Origin: an uncultured archaeon
GTDB lineage: Archaea; Asgardarchaeota; Lokiarchaeia; Sigyniarchaeales; SOKP01
Direction of reading: 5' to 3'
DNA: 61,280 bases
NCBI GenBank assembly: GCA_964583985.1
Contig: CAZOYD010000014.1
Coordinates: 1 to 61,280 of the forward strand
The translations under genes were made by a program, and so were the position numbers. This document shows positions 10,356 to 20,594 of this stretch, piece after piece. Numbering within the stretch: position 1 is the stretch's first letter; each line of letters opens with the position of its first letter. The notes beneath the pieces were generated by a model. The model worked only from the letters and a program-made list of their open reading frames with translations, was not told where the DNA came from and did not search any database.

Positions 10356-10642
10356 TGAGCTGTTGAAAGCTCTAATCGGCGTTAATAACTTCAGTCATTA
10401 AATATATCAAGATCAAGTCAATATTTAAACATAGAGCGTAATTTTAATGGTAAATCGTGGTAATTAGGGGGTAAATATCAAGATTTAGGTATAATTAGTA
10501 CTTTTTATTCTCCAAATACAGAATATAAAAAGCAGGAGATATTAGGATTCCGGTGAGAGACTAGTATAATTCTTAAACATTACATGCATATAGAGTCTCC
10601 ATAAATTTTTATATCAAATACACTCGTTGTTCCTTAGGGAAA

Positions 10643-11158
10643 ATGCAAGAAACCATTTCTTTAGTAATTGGATATTTAGGATTACTCATTATTATTTTTA
10701 TTACTTATTTAGTAATTAAGAAAAAAAGAGCGAATGGAAGCAAAAAAAAACCAAAAAACGAACAAAGTCAATCCATCCAAATTAAAAAATATACTTGTTT
10801 AGATGGTCATTTGGTCAAATCTAAAGGAGAGTTAATAATTGATAATTACTTGTATTTGCTGAAAATAGATCATAAATACGAAAAATCTATCTATATATTT
10901 GGTTCAAAAATTAAATATGATTGGTATCTGCCAAAATACGATATTTATATTGAATATTGGGGTTTTGGGGGTAAAAATTATGAAAAACGGAAAAAAGAAA
11001 AACTACGATTATACAAAAAGGCGAATCTCAAACTTATTTCCATAGAAAATTACATGTTTTATGACATTTACTTAGAAATGGATAATTTATTGAAAAAATT
11101 TATTGATATTAAAAGGTTAAAGAAAATTGTAAGTTTGAACAATTATATTTGTAATTAA
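10643..11158 (+). CDS. Membrane-anchored PD-(D/E)XK-like nuclease-fold protein
   Basis: N-terminal TM helix followed by a basic stretch, then GHLVKSKGELIIDNYL...YEK...YDWYL...IYIEYWG...YEKRKKEK. Confidence 0.65.
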   Translation: MQETISLVIGYLGLLIIIFITYLVIKKKRANGSKKKPKNEQSQSIQIKKYTCLDGHLVKSKGELIIDNYLYLLKIDHKYEKSIYIFGSKIKYDWYLPKYDIYIEYWGFGGKNYEKRKKEKLRLYKKANLKLISIENYMFYDIYLEMDNLLKKFIDIKRLKKIVSLNNYICN

Positions 11159-11194
11159 AGAATTCTGATAAACGTTATATTTTAATTTATCTCT

Positions 11195-12379
11195 TTATTT
11201 TAAGAAATTCTCAATTTGATCATAAACTTCAGTTAAAATATTGATATCTGGTAAAAATGTCAGCCTAATATGACCTTTTCCAAATTCTCCAAAACCAGAG
11301 CCATAAACCGAGCAAACGCCTGTTTCTTTTAATAAATCTATTGCAAAATCTTTGTCATTATCCCATCGATTAAACTCATTAAGCTCAACTTTAGGGAATA
11401 AATAAAATGCACCATTGGCATTAACACAACTAATTCCTTCAATTTTGCATATTCTATCATAGGAATAATCTCGTCTTTCTTTTAATTTTCTCACTAATTC
11501 CTTTGTATGGTCACTTTTTGTCCTGAAGATTTCAATTGCTGCATATTGTGCAATCGTACTAGCCGATAATCTTGCTCTCGCCATTTTTGCCATACCTTCT
11601 TTAAGTTCGGTTAATTTATGTTCTGGGTCATGATAGTATAAATATCCAAGTCGCCAACCTGTCATGAGATCGGATTTAGAAAAACCATTCATTCCAATTA
11701 TTGGAACATCTTTACTGAGCGATGCTGGACAGACGTATTCCTTTTCGTAGGTAATTTGGTCGTAGATTTCGTCTGAAAGAATTGGTAAATTATATTCTCC
11801 AGCTAGATCTATTATTTGTTTGACTTTATTTTGCGAATACAAGACACCAGTAGGATTATTTGGAGAACAAATAAGAATACCTTTAGTTTTTTTAGTGATC
11901 TTTTTACGCATATCCTCAATATTTGGATCCCATCCCTCTTTTTCATCTAATTCGTATTCGATGGGAATTCCATCATAAAATTTAGTATTATTAATATATA
12001 ACGGATAAGTTGGACCTGGAATGAGAAATTCATCTCCTCTTTCTATCAACGCTGCAAGAAGAAAATAAATTCCTTCAGTAACTCCCGTAGTGATTAAAAC
12101 ATCTTCACTATTTACATTTAAATTCTTTTTATTCTTCAAAAACTTGCTAATTTCTTCCCTTAATTCAATTACTCCTAAAGAATCTGCATAGAAATTCTTC
12201 CCATTATGACTAGCTTTTGCAAGAGCATCGGAAATAAATGGAGGTGTTATAAAATCATATTTTAACGGATCCCCAATATTTAATTTGTAGACTTTTTTCC
12301 CTTTTCGTTCTACTTGATCAGCTATCACTGCTATATCTCGTATAGCATATTCAATATCATTTACTCTTCTAGATATCAT
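11195..12379 (-). CDS. PLP-dependent aminotransferase class I/II (alanine aminotransferase-like)
   Basis: LNIGDP, SPNNPTG, SDEIY, NGFSKSDLMTGWRLGY, GAFY. Confidence 0.92.
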   Translation of the reverse strand: MISRRVNDIEYAIRDIAVIADQVERKGKKVYKLNIGDPLKYDFITPPFISDALAKASHNGKNFYADSLGVIELREEISKFLKNKKNLNVNSEDVLITTGVTEGIYFLLAALIERGDEFLIPGPTYPLYINNTKFYDGIPIEYELDEKEGWDPNIEDMRKKITKKTKGILICSPNNPTGVLYSQNKVKQIIDLAGEYNLPILSDEIYDQITYEKEYVCPASLSKDVPIIGMNGFSKSDLMTGWRLGYLYYHDPEHKLTELKEGMAKMARARLSASTIAQYAAIEIFRTKSDHTKELVRKLKERRDYSYDRICKIEGISCVNANGAFYLFPKVELNEFNRWDNDKDFAIDLLKETGVCSVYGSGFGEFGKGHIRLTFLPDINILTEVYDQIENFLK

Positions 12380-12503
12380 GTTTCTCGCAATCCAGATGGA
12401 ACTTTATTCAATTTTAATATAAAAAACAATAATAATTAGTATAATTTTGACTGTCATTTAAATTAGATTGAAACTAAAAGCAGTAAAAATAAGCGAGAAT
12501 AAA

Positions 12504-12872
12504 TTAAAGTTGAAATTCTCTATTTCTTAACTTTGAAACAAGATGCCCTCTCGAGAGCAGCTGAATTCCAAATTGAGAACTATAATCGCGAGAAAAGTCT
12601 GTACTGATGTTACACACCATTATACCTCCTTCTAATTCAGGAACATCAATACATGCTTTATGTAATTGTCTTAATTGAGTGATTGAGATTTCTCTTTTCC
12701 AATCTCTGATAAATATTCCAAATCTACCAAATTTTCCGCTTTTTACTACAGCATTGAACGTCCAAGTTTTCCCTGAATTCCCTTTTAGAGTAGTGGGACC
12801 TTTTTCAAAATTATATTTCTCAGAAAATACTTTTTCTGCTAGTTCTTCTAAAGAGGCATCTGAAAATTCCAT
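12504..12872 (-). CDS. Mrr-like restriction-endonuclease-fold protein, catalytic residues apparently lost
   Basis: LKGNSGKTWTFNAVV...GIFIRDWKREISITQL...GGIMV...FGIQLL follows the Mrr_cat layout, but D and ExK are replaced. Confidence 0.55.
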   Translation of the reverse strand: MEFSDASLEELAEKVFSEKYNFEKGPTTLKGNSGKTWTFNAVVKSGKFGRFGIFIRDWKREISITQLRQLHKACIDVPELEGGIMVCNISTDFSRDYSSQFGIQLLSRGHLVSKLRNREFQL

Positions 12873-13056
12873 AATATCACTTCATTTTTATTTAAATATA
12901 TTTAACTTGTTATATTTAAATGTTATTTTTAATATTATGCGTGTAAATCTTAAAAATATGTAATATGTAGATGATACATATAGAATATAGTTTAATAAAA
13001 ACACATATACACACCCCGACAAAATTCACCTTGCCCATATAAAGAATTAAAATTAT

Positions 13057-13896
13057 TCAAAATGACTCAAGCAATTTATAAAGAGGATATTCTCCATCGA
13101 CTTGTAATCCTTGCGATTTCAAAATTTTAACCAATTTTTCCTGTAAGAATCCTACTATTTCATGGGAGACCTTGACACATGTGTTTCTGCACTCAAAATA
13201 TCTATCGGGAAGGAAATTGCATTCTGGACTGACTTGAAGACAAATTTTTTTCATTTGAAACGATAATCCTTCAGCAGAGAGAATTTCAAAGTGATCCCAC
13301 CCATCTTTAAATCCTCCTATACTACTTGGAGGTACGGATTCAATTGTTTCTTTTAAATTATTAAATAGACTTTGATAATCTGTTCCATTTTTTATTCCGA
13401 TTCTTTTAGATATCTTAGCACATTCTTTCCTTGCTTCTAATTGACAAAGAAATACATATTTTTTAAAAAGATTTTCAGCTTCTAGGGTTTTTTCAGGGTC
13501 AATTATTTTCCAACCAGTTAATCTTTTACAATTAATACTCTCGTTTTTTGGATTTGAAAAATTTGTTGGATATATCCAACATTGTGGGGGCTTGATTCCA
13601 GAATTATGTATTCTGCAGCCATTTATTTGTTTATCAAAAAAAAAACATTTTCCAGTTTGTTCATTAAATCTTAAATGAAAACTAAAAATATTACTCCGGA
13701 CAAAATCACTTTCACTAGCTAATGATTTATTGATGTATTCTTTTGCTAAAACCTTTGGTACATCAATTTTAATTGAACAACAATCCCCTTTACATAAATC
13801 AGGATTTGTACAATTAGGGCCTTCAATTGCTTCCCTCATTAATGTGTTGAATCGCTTAATTATATACCAATATAATTGGTAACGAGGCTTTCTCAA
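13057..13896 (-). CDS. YkgJ-like cysteine-cluster (Zn/Fe-S) protein
   Basis: CxxxxxCxxxCC, CFFFD, CRIH, KPPQCWIYP. Confidence 0.75.
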   Translation of the reverse strand: MRKPRYQLYWYIIKRFNTLMREAIEGPNCTNPDLCKGDCCSIKIDVPKVLAKEYINKSLASESDFVRSNIFSFHLRFNEQTGKCFFFDKQINGCRIHNSGIKPPQCWIYPTNFSNPKNESINCKRLTGWKIIDPEKTLEAENLFKKYVFLCQLEARKECAKISKRIGIKNGTDYQSLFNNLKETIESVPPSSIGGFKDGWDHFEILSAEGLSFQMKKICLQVSPECNFLPDRYFECRNTCVKVSHEIVGFLQEKLVKILKSQGLQVDGEYPLYKLLESF

Positions 13897-14044
13897 GATA
13901 TTAATATTAGTATTAACTCGTGGAAATAAAAATATCTAGATTTCCTTAAGTTTAAATTTTCGAATTTTATTATTAATTAAAAACTTCTTTTTAACTAAAA
14001 TAATAGAATAACAGCATAAAATAAAAATTTTAAAGGTTTTATGA

Positions 14045-16150
14045 ATGTCTGATTTAATAATAATAGATATCACTGAGAATGAAAAAATTCTCTTAGATGG
14101 CTCTGTGAATTTAAAAGAAATCGCAGGAACAGGAAAACTAGTAATAAAGAATCCCTCCCAAAAAAGTAGACTCTGGAATTTGACTTGTGACTTAAAAGAA
14201 ATTGTAAACACAACCATTTCCGAAAGAGAGTTAAATGCTGGAATATTAAATCCTGCCCAAGAATATATAGAACAATATGAAATAAAGAATCTAAAAGGAT
14301 CAAAATTACAAGTAAAGGAAGAATTTGACACGGATGTTAGCACTCTAAATAAAATAAACAATACTTTTCTTTTTGATTACGATAATCAGTGTAAATTAAA
14401 ATTAACATTGAATAATCCTTTAGAACGAGCTATCTCTAATATCAAATTACAAAGAGAAATACCCGTATTTTTTCAAGAAATTGAGATTATTGCACCTAAA
14501 TTCGGTACCGCTGGACTAGTAGAGGATAGTGGATTACGTTTTTTAAATTGGGAGATAATATCTCTTGCAAGCCATCAAAGTGCAGATTTGGAAGTACTTT
14601 GTAAAGTAAATGTTTCCGATAAGGATCAGAAAGCTTTAGGTGCATTAAACGTGGCATATCTAGTTAATAACTATAAATTATCAATGCTAAATCCTGAAAT
14701 ACGTGGTTTAACGGATTCAATGAGTGGAATAGATCGTGATGAGGGGTCTCAACCTGGAATCTGGGATTGTACGATAGAATTTATCAATGAATCTGAGTTT
14801 CAAGTAAAATTAGAAGATGTTAAGGTCTCTCATAAAACTCTCACCGGATCAGAGATTATGGTTTCGCAAACACCTAACAGGATCTTAAATCCCGAACAAA
14901 AATGGGATTTTGATTTCAAAGCAGAATCAAAGGATGTTCCTGAGTTAAGTTCGATAATTGAATTTACTCCCTTGTTTGTAGTTATTACACGATTGGTAGG
15001 AGAGATTAATAAAGAATCTACTGTCTATAAAGTATTGAGTGCAACTATTGATAAATTTATTAATCCTGCTGAAGTTGACGCTTATGCAAATACCGATATG
15101 ACAATAACTAATACTATTCTAAATAATGGAACAAGTTCAATTGATAGTATTAGTATAATTGACGAAATACCTGTTGATTTTATCCCACCCATTCTTGATC
15201 AAATTAAAATTACCCTGGGTAGTATTGATATTAGTTCTAGAACTGAATTCACGCGTAAATTTGAAGTGCGTCCTGATGATCAAAGTCCGGATATAATACA
15301 TCATCTGAATATAGATTTACTAAATTTAGCAAATGAATTTAATTCAAATAAAAAATTAGAACTACATTATCCATTAAAAGCTCGTAATCCACGCCCTCCC
15401 CCAGAAACCCGATATATGTCACCCATTAAAATTGAGATTAATAGTTTAATTAAAGGAAAAAATTTTGTTAAAATGCCTGTAGTAGAACCCGAAATCAAGA
15501 TCAAATATGTCAAGAGAAAGCTTAAAACACTTAAAAGTATCAAACCCGGAGTCACCGAAGGAGAATTTTCAATTTCCGTACGAATTGAAAATAAAGGGAA
15601 TGTTGAATTAGAAAATATTTTAATAAAAGAAAAGATACCACAAGGTTTTGAGCTTGTTGAAATAAATTTATCTTCCTATGATTTAATTGAGAAAGTAGAT
15701 GGAAGCGAGCTTCAAATTAAACTGGATGTAGTTAAGGGAAATGATTCTACTGTTATTAGTTATATTTGTTCAGGTAAAGGTGAATATCCTCGAAACGAAC
15801 CTGAAGTTATTGTTATGGGGAGAGAACATTCAGAAGGATCATCTCAAATGGATGCAGGAGAGTTAAAGCCCATGCAAGATACTATTGGAAGAATTACTCA
15901 TGAGAAACAAGCCCAGCTAAATGACATTTTTGGAGAAATATTTAAAAAAATAGATAAAACAATAAAAGGAAGCGATCTTGGAAAATTTATCGAAAGCATG
16001 CGTGATGAATTTCCACCTGGTCCAATACTTCACAATTTAATGCAATTTGCAAAGGAAATTAAAACGTCAGCAGCAGAAAAAGTTATTGTTGGCACTTTTC
16101 GGGATGAAATAATCTCCAAATTGAATGCTTTTAAAGCCAAATATGTTTAA
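14045..16150 (+). CDS. Large cytoplasmic multi-beta-sandwich protein (DUF11/CARDB-like repeats; possible mu-homology-like N-terminus)
   Basis: 701-aa ORF with no signal peptide; repeated N-x-G...ni.i.d.IP..F units; helical C-terminus. Confidence 0.6.
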   Translation: MSDLIIIDITENEKILLDGSVNLKEIAGTGKLVIKNPSQKSRLWNLTCDLKEIVNTTISERELNAGILNPAQEYIEQYEIKNLKGSKLQVKEEFDTDVSTLNKINNTFLFDYDNQCKLKLTLNNPLERAISNIKLQREIPVFFQEIEIIAPKFGTAGLVEDSGLRFLNWEIISLASHQSADLEVLCKVNVSDKDQKALGALNVAYLVNNYKLSMLNPEIRGLTDSMSGIDRDEGSQPGIWDCTIEFINESEFQVKLEDVKVSHKTLTGSEIMVSQTPNRILNPEQKWDFDFKAESKDVPELSSIIEFTPLFVVITRLVGEINKESTVYKVLSATIDKFINPAEVDAYANTDMTITNTILNNGTSSIDSISIIDEIPVDFIPPILDQIKITLGSIDISSRTEFTRKFEVRPDDQSPDIIHHLNIDLLNLANEFNSNKKLELHYPLKARNPRPPPETRYMSPIKIEINSLIKGKNFVKMPVVEPEIKIKYVKRKLKTLKSIKPGVTEGEFSISVRIENKGNVELENILIKEKIPQGFELVEINLSSYDLIEKVDGSELQIKLDVVKGNDSTVISYICSGKGEYPRNEPEVIVMGREHSEGSSQMDAGELKPMQDTIGRITHEKQAQLNDIFGEIFKKIDKTIKGSDLGKFIESMRDEFPPGPILHNLMQFAKEIKTSAAEKVIVGTFRDEIISKLNAFKAKYV

Positions 16151-16219
16151 ATATTTTTTTATTCATCTTTTTAATTAAAGTAAAGTTAAATTTTTAAAAC
16201 TAATCGATCATTTTAATGA

Positions 16220-17305
16220 TTGTACAAATTGCATGCTCGCGAAAGATATCTTGCAATATATGATGATTATTTACGTTTAAAGGTTGATAAAGTACCTAAG
16301 TTCGTACAATACGTAAGAGATGAATTCATTAGAAAGAATCAAACTGAATTTTCACATACATCATTAATTAATCCTATAGCTAATGCTTATTTTGAAGTTC
16401 CATTTAGTCTCGGATTCGATGCGGTTTTTGCTCCATTTCCTTTAAGTGTGAAGATCAAAGCCACTCAAATTAAGATAGAAAATGGCAAAGAGGTGAGGAT
16501 TGGAGAGGATGGTCAAGGAAAAAAAAAGAAAACCACTTATTATGAAAGAGGATATATTCATTCCCTGGAAATACTCGATAAACTTCGAACAAATATGAAA
16601 ATCATTGATCGGAGAGATTTGATATTAAAAACTATCAGAAATTATGAAAAATTGGGTAAAATGATCTTTCCTGTTTTGATGGTGGATGGTATATTCGATA
16701 GAGTTTGGAAGAGCATGGGAATGGAAATTTTTAGCCGAAATTATAAAAAAAACACCAAGTTGTATCAAGAATTAATTCAATTCTATGCCAATATAACTCG
16801 CATAAATATCGAATGCTTGCTTAATGCAACCGGTAATCGTGGAGGTGTCTTAAATGTATTAGACGATGTGGCATTTAAAGGAAGGACAATAATTTCTCCA
16901 GAGCGGTGGAATCGAGATTTTTGCCCTTTTTATCGTGAAATAACGGCGATAATTAAAGATAGCGGTTTTATCCCCCAAATGCACTCGGATGGAGATGTTA
17001 CCGAATTAATTCCTTCCATCATAAAAGCGGGTTTCCAAGGACTGCAAGGATGGGAAGGAGGGAGCAATCCTTATTATATTAATGATAATTTTCCAAATTT
17101 TGTTGTCATCGGATTTGGCGATGTTAGTCATATTCTACCTTATGGAAATAGTGAACAAATAATCCATCACGTTAAAGATCTAATGAACGCTTTAAAAGAA
17201 AATCGTCATTTCATAATAGGTCCAAGCACGGTCATCCATGAAATGATTCCCTTAAAAAATGTAAAACTTTTCATCTCTTCTGCTGAAAAATTTGGGAAAT
17301 ATTAA
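16220..17305 (+). CDS. Uroporphyrinogen decarboxylase / MtaA-CmuA superfamily protein
   Basis: DDVAFKGRTIISPERW, MHSDG, LPYGN, FIIGPS; TTG start. Confidence 0.8.
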   Translation: MYKLHARERYLAIYDDYLRLKVDKVPKFVQYVRDEFIRKNQTEFSHTSLINPIANAYFEVPFSLGFDAVFAPFPLSVKIKATQIKIENGKEVRIGEDGQGKKKKTTYYERGYIHSLEILDKLRTNMKIIDRRDLILKTIRNYEKLGKMIFPVLMVDGIFDRVWKSMGMEIFSRNYKKNTKLYQELIQFYANITRINIECLLNATGNRGGVLNVLDDVAFKGRTIISPERWNRDFCPFYREITAIIKDSGFIPQMHSDGDVTELIPSIIKAGFQGLQGWEGGSNPYYINDNFPNFVVIGFGDVSHILPYGNSEQIIHHVKDLMNALKENRHFIIGPSTVIHEMIPLKNVKLFISSAEKFGKY

Positions 17306-17356
17306 TAATTTTTTTTAATCACCTCAGATTTATAACAACAACGTTCAAAAAAGTGA

Positions 17357-17998
17357 ATGATCATATTGTCAGCCATTACCGTTATAGTTATTATTTTGAT
17401 CTTCCTCTATCTACTTGAAGTTTCCTCATATATCGTGATCCTAACCAATTTCAAGAATAGATCATATGATAGAGTGGTAAGTAATGGTAAAAGATTTCAA
17501 TATTTATCACTAGTTAATATATTACTCATCATATTTTTCAGTTCTAATTTTTTACAATCCTTTTTTCCAGAGAATTTCAGCTATTTTCGAGATTTATGGG
17601 GTTGGTTTTCTCTCATTGGATTAGTATTCATCATTGGAGGGTCAAGAATCATGTATTTAGCAACAAGATTATTAAACCAGAAACAGGGTAAACTAATGAC
17701 AAAAGGGATTTATGGAACGATGAGACATCCTATATACCTTGCAATTATCTTAATTTCATATGGAAGTGCAATTATTCTTGATTCTGTTATTGGATTATTG
17801 TTAATCCTTATAAATATAGTAATTTTAGAATTTGTGTCTTCAATAGAAGAAAAACATGTATTATTAGTAAAATTTCAATCCCCGTATCAAGTGTATAAAG
17901 ATTCATTACACTACAGATTATTTCCCAATCCTTATAATTATATTTTGATTATTATATCAATTCTAATTGCATACGTAGGATTTTTAGATTTCATGTAA
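17357..17998 (+). CDS. ICMT/PEMT family integral membrane methyltransferase
   Basis: Multiple TM helices; LMTKGIYGTMRHPIY and EE...Y motifs. Confidence 0.82.
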   Translation: MIILSAITVIVIILIFLYLLEVSSYIVILTNFKNRSYDRVVSNGKRFQYLSLVNILLIIFFSSNFLQSFFPENFSYFRDLWGWFSLIGLVFIIGGSRIMYLATRLLNQKQGKLMTKGIYGTMRHPIYLAIILISYGSAIILDSVIGLLLILINIVILEFVSSIEEKHVLLVKFQSPYQVYKDSLHYRLFPNPYNYILIIISILIAYVGFLDFM

Positions 17999-18010
17999 GA
18001 AAAGTTAAAC

Positions 18011-19195
18011 TTAATTTAATTTCTTTAATTGCTTACCAACTAATTCTTGAAGATTTTCTAATTCAAACAAATGGTCATGAACAATATCATTTTTCTTAGA
18101 CTGAAAATTCTCTTCATTTTTCTTCTCCTTTTCTAAGTCTAACCAATTCTTATTCAAGAATTTAAGTTGGGTTAAAGATTTTTCCATGTCTCCAATGTTA
18201 ATTTTGACTTTATCTTTTGAGTTTTTAATTAATAAGAGAATTAGTTCAAAATTTTCGATAGAATTCAACCAGTTTTTCAATCCATTATCATTTTTTAATT
18301 TTTCAATTGAATGGTGTATAAATTCTAAAAATGCGATAAATATATCATTTGGTTTTATCACTCTCGTTTTATCAAGAAAATTAGGTGTTCCTTCTGCTCT
18401 ATCAGTAGGATTTGTTCTATATTTTAGTGAAATATTGATTTCGTCAGATTCTTTATCCTCAATGTCTATTTGTTCCAAGACTTCAGTATCAGTAATCAAC
18501 TGGAATTCATCTATTTCTAATTGTGTAATTAAGGGCGTGAATTTTACTTGTAATTGATCCTCAGCGATATATTGATCTGTTTCTCGTTGAATTTGTGTAT
18601 AAGTCTGGATTGTATCTTCACCAATAGGTGCAAAGAGAACACCATAATTTGAATCTAATTGTTTTAATAACGGATAAATTCTACGTGTCTTAATTGAACC
18701 AGTCACTAAAATTTTTTGCCATGGTTCAAATTCTGGCAATCCTTCTAATGGATTTTTAACAATAACTTCAATATCGTCTTGGAGGTTTAATTTTGAAATA
18801 TTTTTAGATGTAATTTTAGCGATCCGTGAATTCGCTTCAAGAATTTTTATTTTTCCTTTAGGTGCTAAATAATGAGCAAGTGCAGCTATATACCCGCTTT
18901 TTGCACCAAGAATAAGTAAATCATCATCATCTTTTAACATCAGATTTTGAATCATGATAGTTATCATGTGAGGTGCACTAATTGTTCGAATGCTTTCAGG
19001 ATCATCTTTATCAAAGTAGAAAAGAGATGGAGCATCTTCATAAATTTTAGAGTATTTTATACATCTTTTTGGGATAAATTCCTTTAGAGGCAATGATAGA
19101 AATGCCTTAAATAATCTAATATCATTTAAATACCCAGAATAAAGCAAATGATTTAATAATCGGATTTTATCTCGAAATAAATTATTATCTTCCAT
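18011..19195 (-). CDS. Protein-L-isoaspartate O-methyltransferase-like protein with C-terminal extension
   Basis: TISAPHM, LILGAKSGYIAAL (degenerate motif I), APIG, VKFTPL; about 170 extra C-terminal residues. Confidence 0.75.
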   Translation of the reverse strand: MEDNNLFRDKIRLLNHLLYSGYLNDIRLFKAFLSLPLKEFIPKRCIKYSKIYEDAPSLFYFDKDDPESIRTISAPHMITIMIQNLMLKDDDDLLILGAKSGYIAALAHYLAPKGKIKILEANSRIAKITSKNISKLNLQDDIEVIVKNPLEGLPEFEPWQKILVTGSIKTRRIYPLLKQLDSNYGVLFAPIGEDTIQTYTQIQRETDQYIAEDQLQVKFTPLITQLEIDEFQLITDTEVLEQIDIEDKESDEINISLKYRTNPTDRAEGTPNFLDKTRVIKPNDIFIAFLEFIHHSIEKLKNDNGLKNWLNSIENFELILLLIKNSKDKVKINIGDMEKSLTQLKFLNKNWLDLEKEKKNEENFQSKKNDIVHDHLFELENLQELVGKQLKKLN

Positions 19196-19308
19196 TTCAA
19201 TTATAAGATGATCAAATTGTAAATAAATGATGTATTGAATTTTTATATATATTTTTATAATAAAAAATTAACATTTATATTATAATTCTAATAAGGCTCT
19301 TTCTAGCT

Positions 19309-19896
19309 ATGATTATTCTTGATGTTAAAAATATACGACAAGTTAGAATAACCCTATCTCTGATCACTATAAATATCATTCTTTTTTTTACTTTAAATAA
19401 TCCGATTTACATAGATTATTTTTACAACTTGGTACAAATTAATTCAGCTGTTATATATCAAAATCAAATCTGGAGACTTTTCACTTCAATGTTTATGCAC
19501 GGTGATTTAAATCACTTGATATCAAATATGTTTGGCTTATTGCTATTTGGTAGCTATATTGAACAATATCTCAGTAAAACCAAATACATTTTTATTTATG
19601 TAATTTCGGGATTAATTGGAAATTTATTTACATTAATTCTTTATCCTAGTTATGTTGTTAGTTATGGAGCATCAGGAGCTATATTTGGAATTGTTGGGGT
19701 AGTGGCTGTTATGATTTATTTTGAAGGAGAGAGAATTTTTCTTATATTGGCAACTCTGTATTTATTATATTTTATTAGTTCATCATTTGGACCTGGAATA
19801 AATTTGTGGGCTCACTTATTTGGGTTAGTATCTGGTGGTATTTTTGAGTTAATTAATCAATTTATAGGTAAAGAACACATAAATCGTAAACAATAA
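19309..19896 (+). CDS. Rhomboid family intramembrane serine protease
   Basis: WRLFTSMFMH, HLISNM, GASG, AHLFG. Confidence 0.92.
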   Translation: MIILDVKNIRQVRITLSLITINIILFFTLNNPIYIDYFYNLVQINSAVIYQNQIWRLFTSMFMHGDLNHLISNMFGLLLFGSYIEQYLSKTKYIFIYVISGLIGNLFTLILYPSYVVSYGASGAIFGIVGVVAVMIYFEGERIFLILATLYLLYFISSSFGPGINLWAHLFGLVSGGIFELINQFIGKEHINRKQ

Positions 19897-19922
19897 TTTT
19901 GTAGAGGAAATGAAATTCAGAA

Positions 19923-20588
19923 CTACTTTTCTTTTTTCTTTTTTTTGTGAGCTAATTCCATTGAGAAATCTTTACGACAATAGGATGAAATTGGACAATA
20001 TTCGCATTTTGGACGACCTGGGAGGCAAGTTTGTTGACCAAACCTAACAAGAATTCGATTTATTCTAATCCATTGATCTTTTGGAATAATCAATTTTAGA
20101 GCTTCTTCTGTCTGTTCAGGTCTAATAGTTTTAACCCATCCTAACCTATTCGAAATCCGATGAACATGAATGTCAACGGGAATAGCAGCTTTTTTAAAAG
20201 CATATACAAGTGTACAGTTCGCCGTTTTTGAACCAACTCCAGGTAAAGAAATTAAATCTTCATAATCATCTGGAACGATTCCATTAAAATCTTTGTCAAT
20301 TATCTTTGCTACTTCTTTTATTCTCTGAGCTTTTACTTTATAAAAACCAGCTTTATAAATCAATCGTTCTAATTCATCGTTATTAGCGTTAGCTATCTGA
20401 TTAGGTGTCTTAAACCTTGAGAATAATGTAATAGTTGCTTGTCTTGTATTCTCATCTCTGGTTCTAGCTGATAAAATTGTTGAGATTAAAATTTTAAAAG
20501 GATCTTGTTTTTTAGATGCTAAATCATCTAAATGGGTTTCTCCTTCCAAACTTTCCTCGATTAAATCTAAGATTTCTGCAAAGTTCAT
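19923..20588 (-). CDS. nth: Endonuclease III (HhH-GPD, 4Fe-4S)
   Basis: LPGVGSKTAN, VDIHVHR, C-x6-C-x2-C-x5-C. Confidence 0.93.
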   Translation of the reverse strand: MNFAEILDLIEESLEGETHLDDLASKKQDPFKILISTILSARTRDENTRQATITLFSRFKTPNQIANANNDELERLIYKAGFYKVKAQRIKEVAKIIDKDFNGIVPDDYEDLISLPGVGSKTANCTLVYAFKKAAIPVDIHVHRISNRLGWVKTIRPEQTEEALKLIIPKDQWIRINRILVRFGQQTCLPGRPKCEYCPISSYCRKDFSMELAHKKKKKEK

Positions 20589-20594
20589 TATTAT

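Noticed and set aside
17357-17998. ICMT-like enzyme as a CAAX-processing partner for the small GTPases
   Set aside because: The complete GTPases here lack C-terminal Cys motifs, and the family is widespread in prokaryotes
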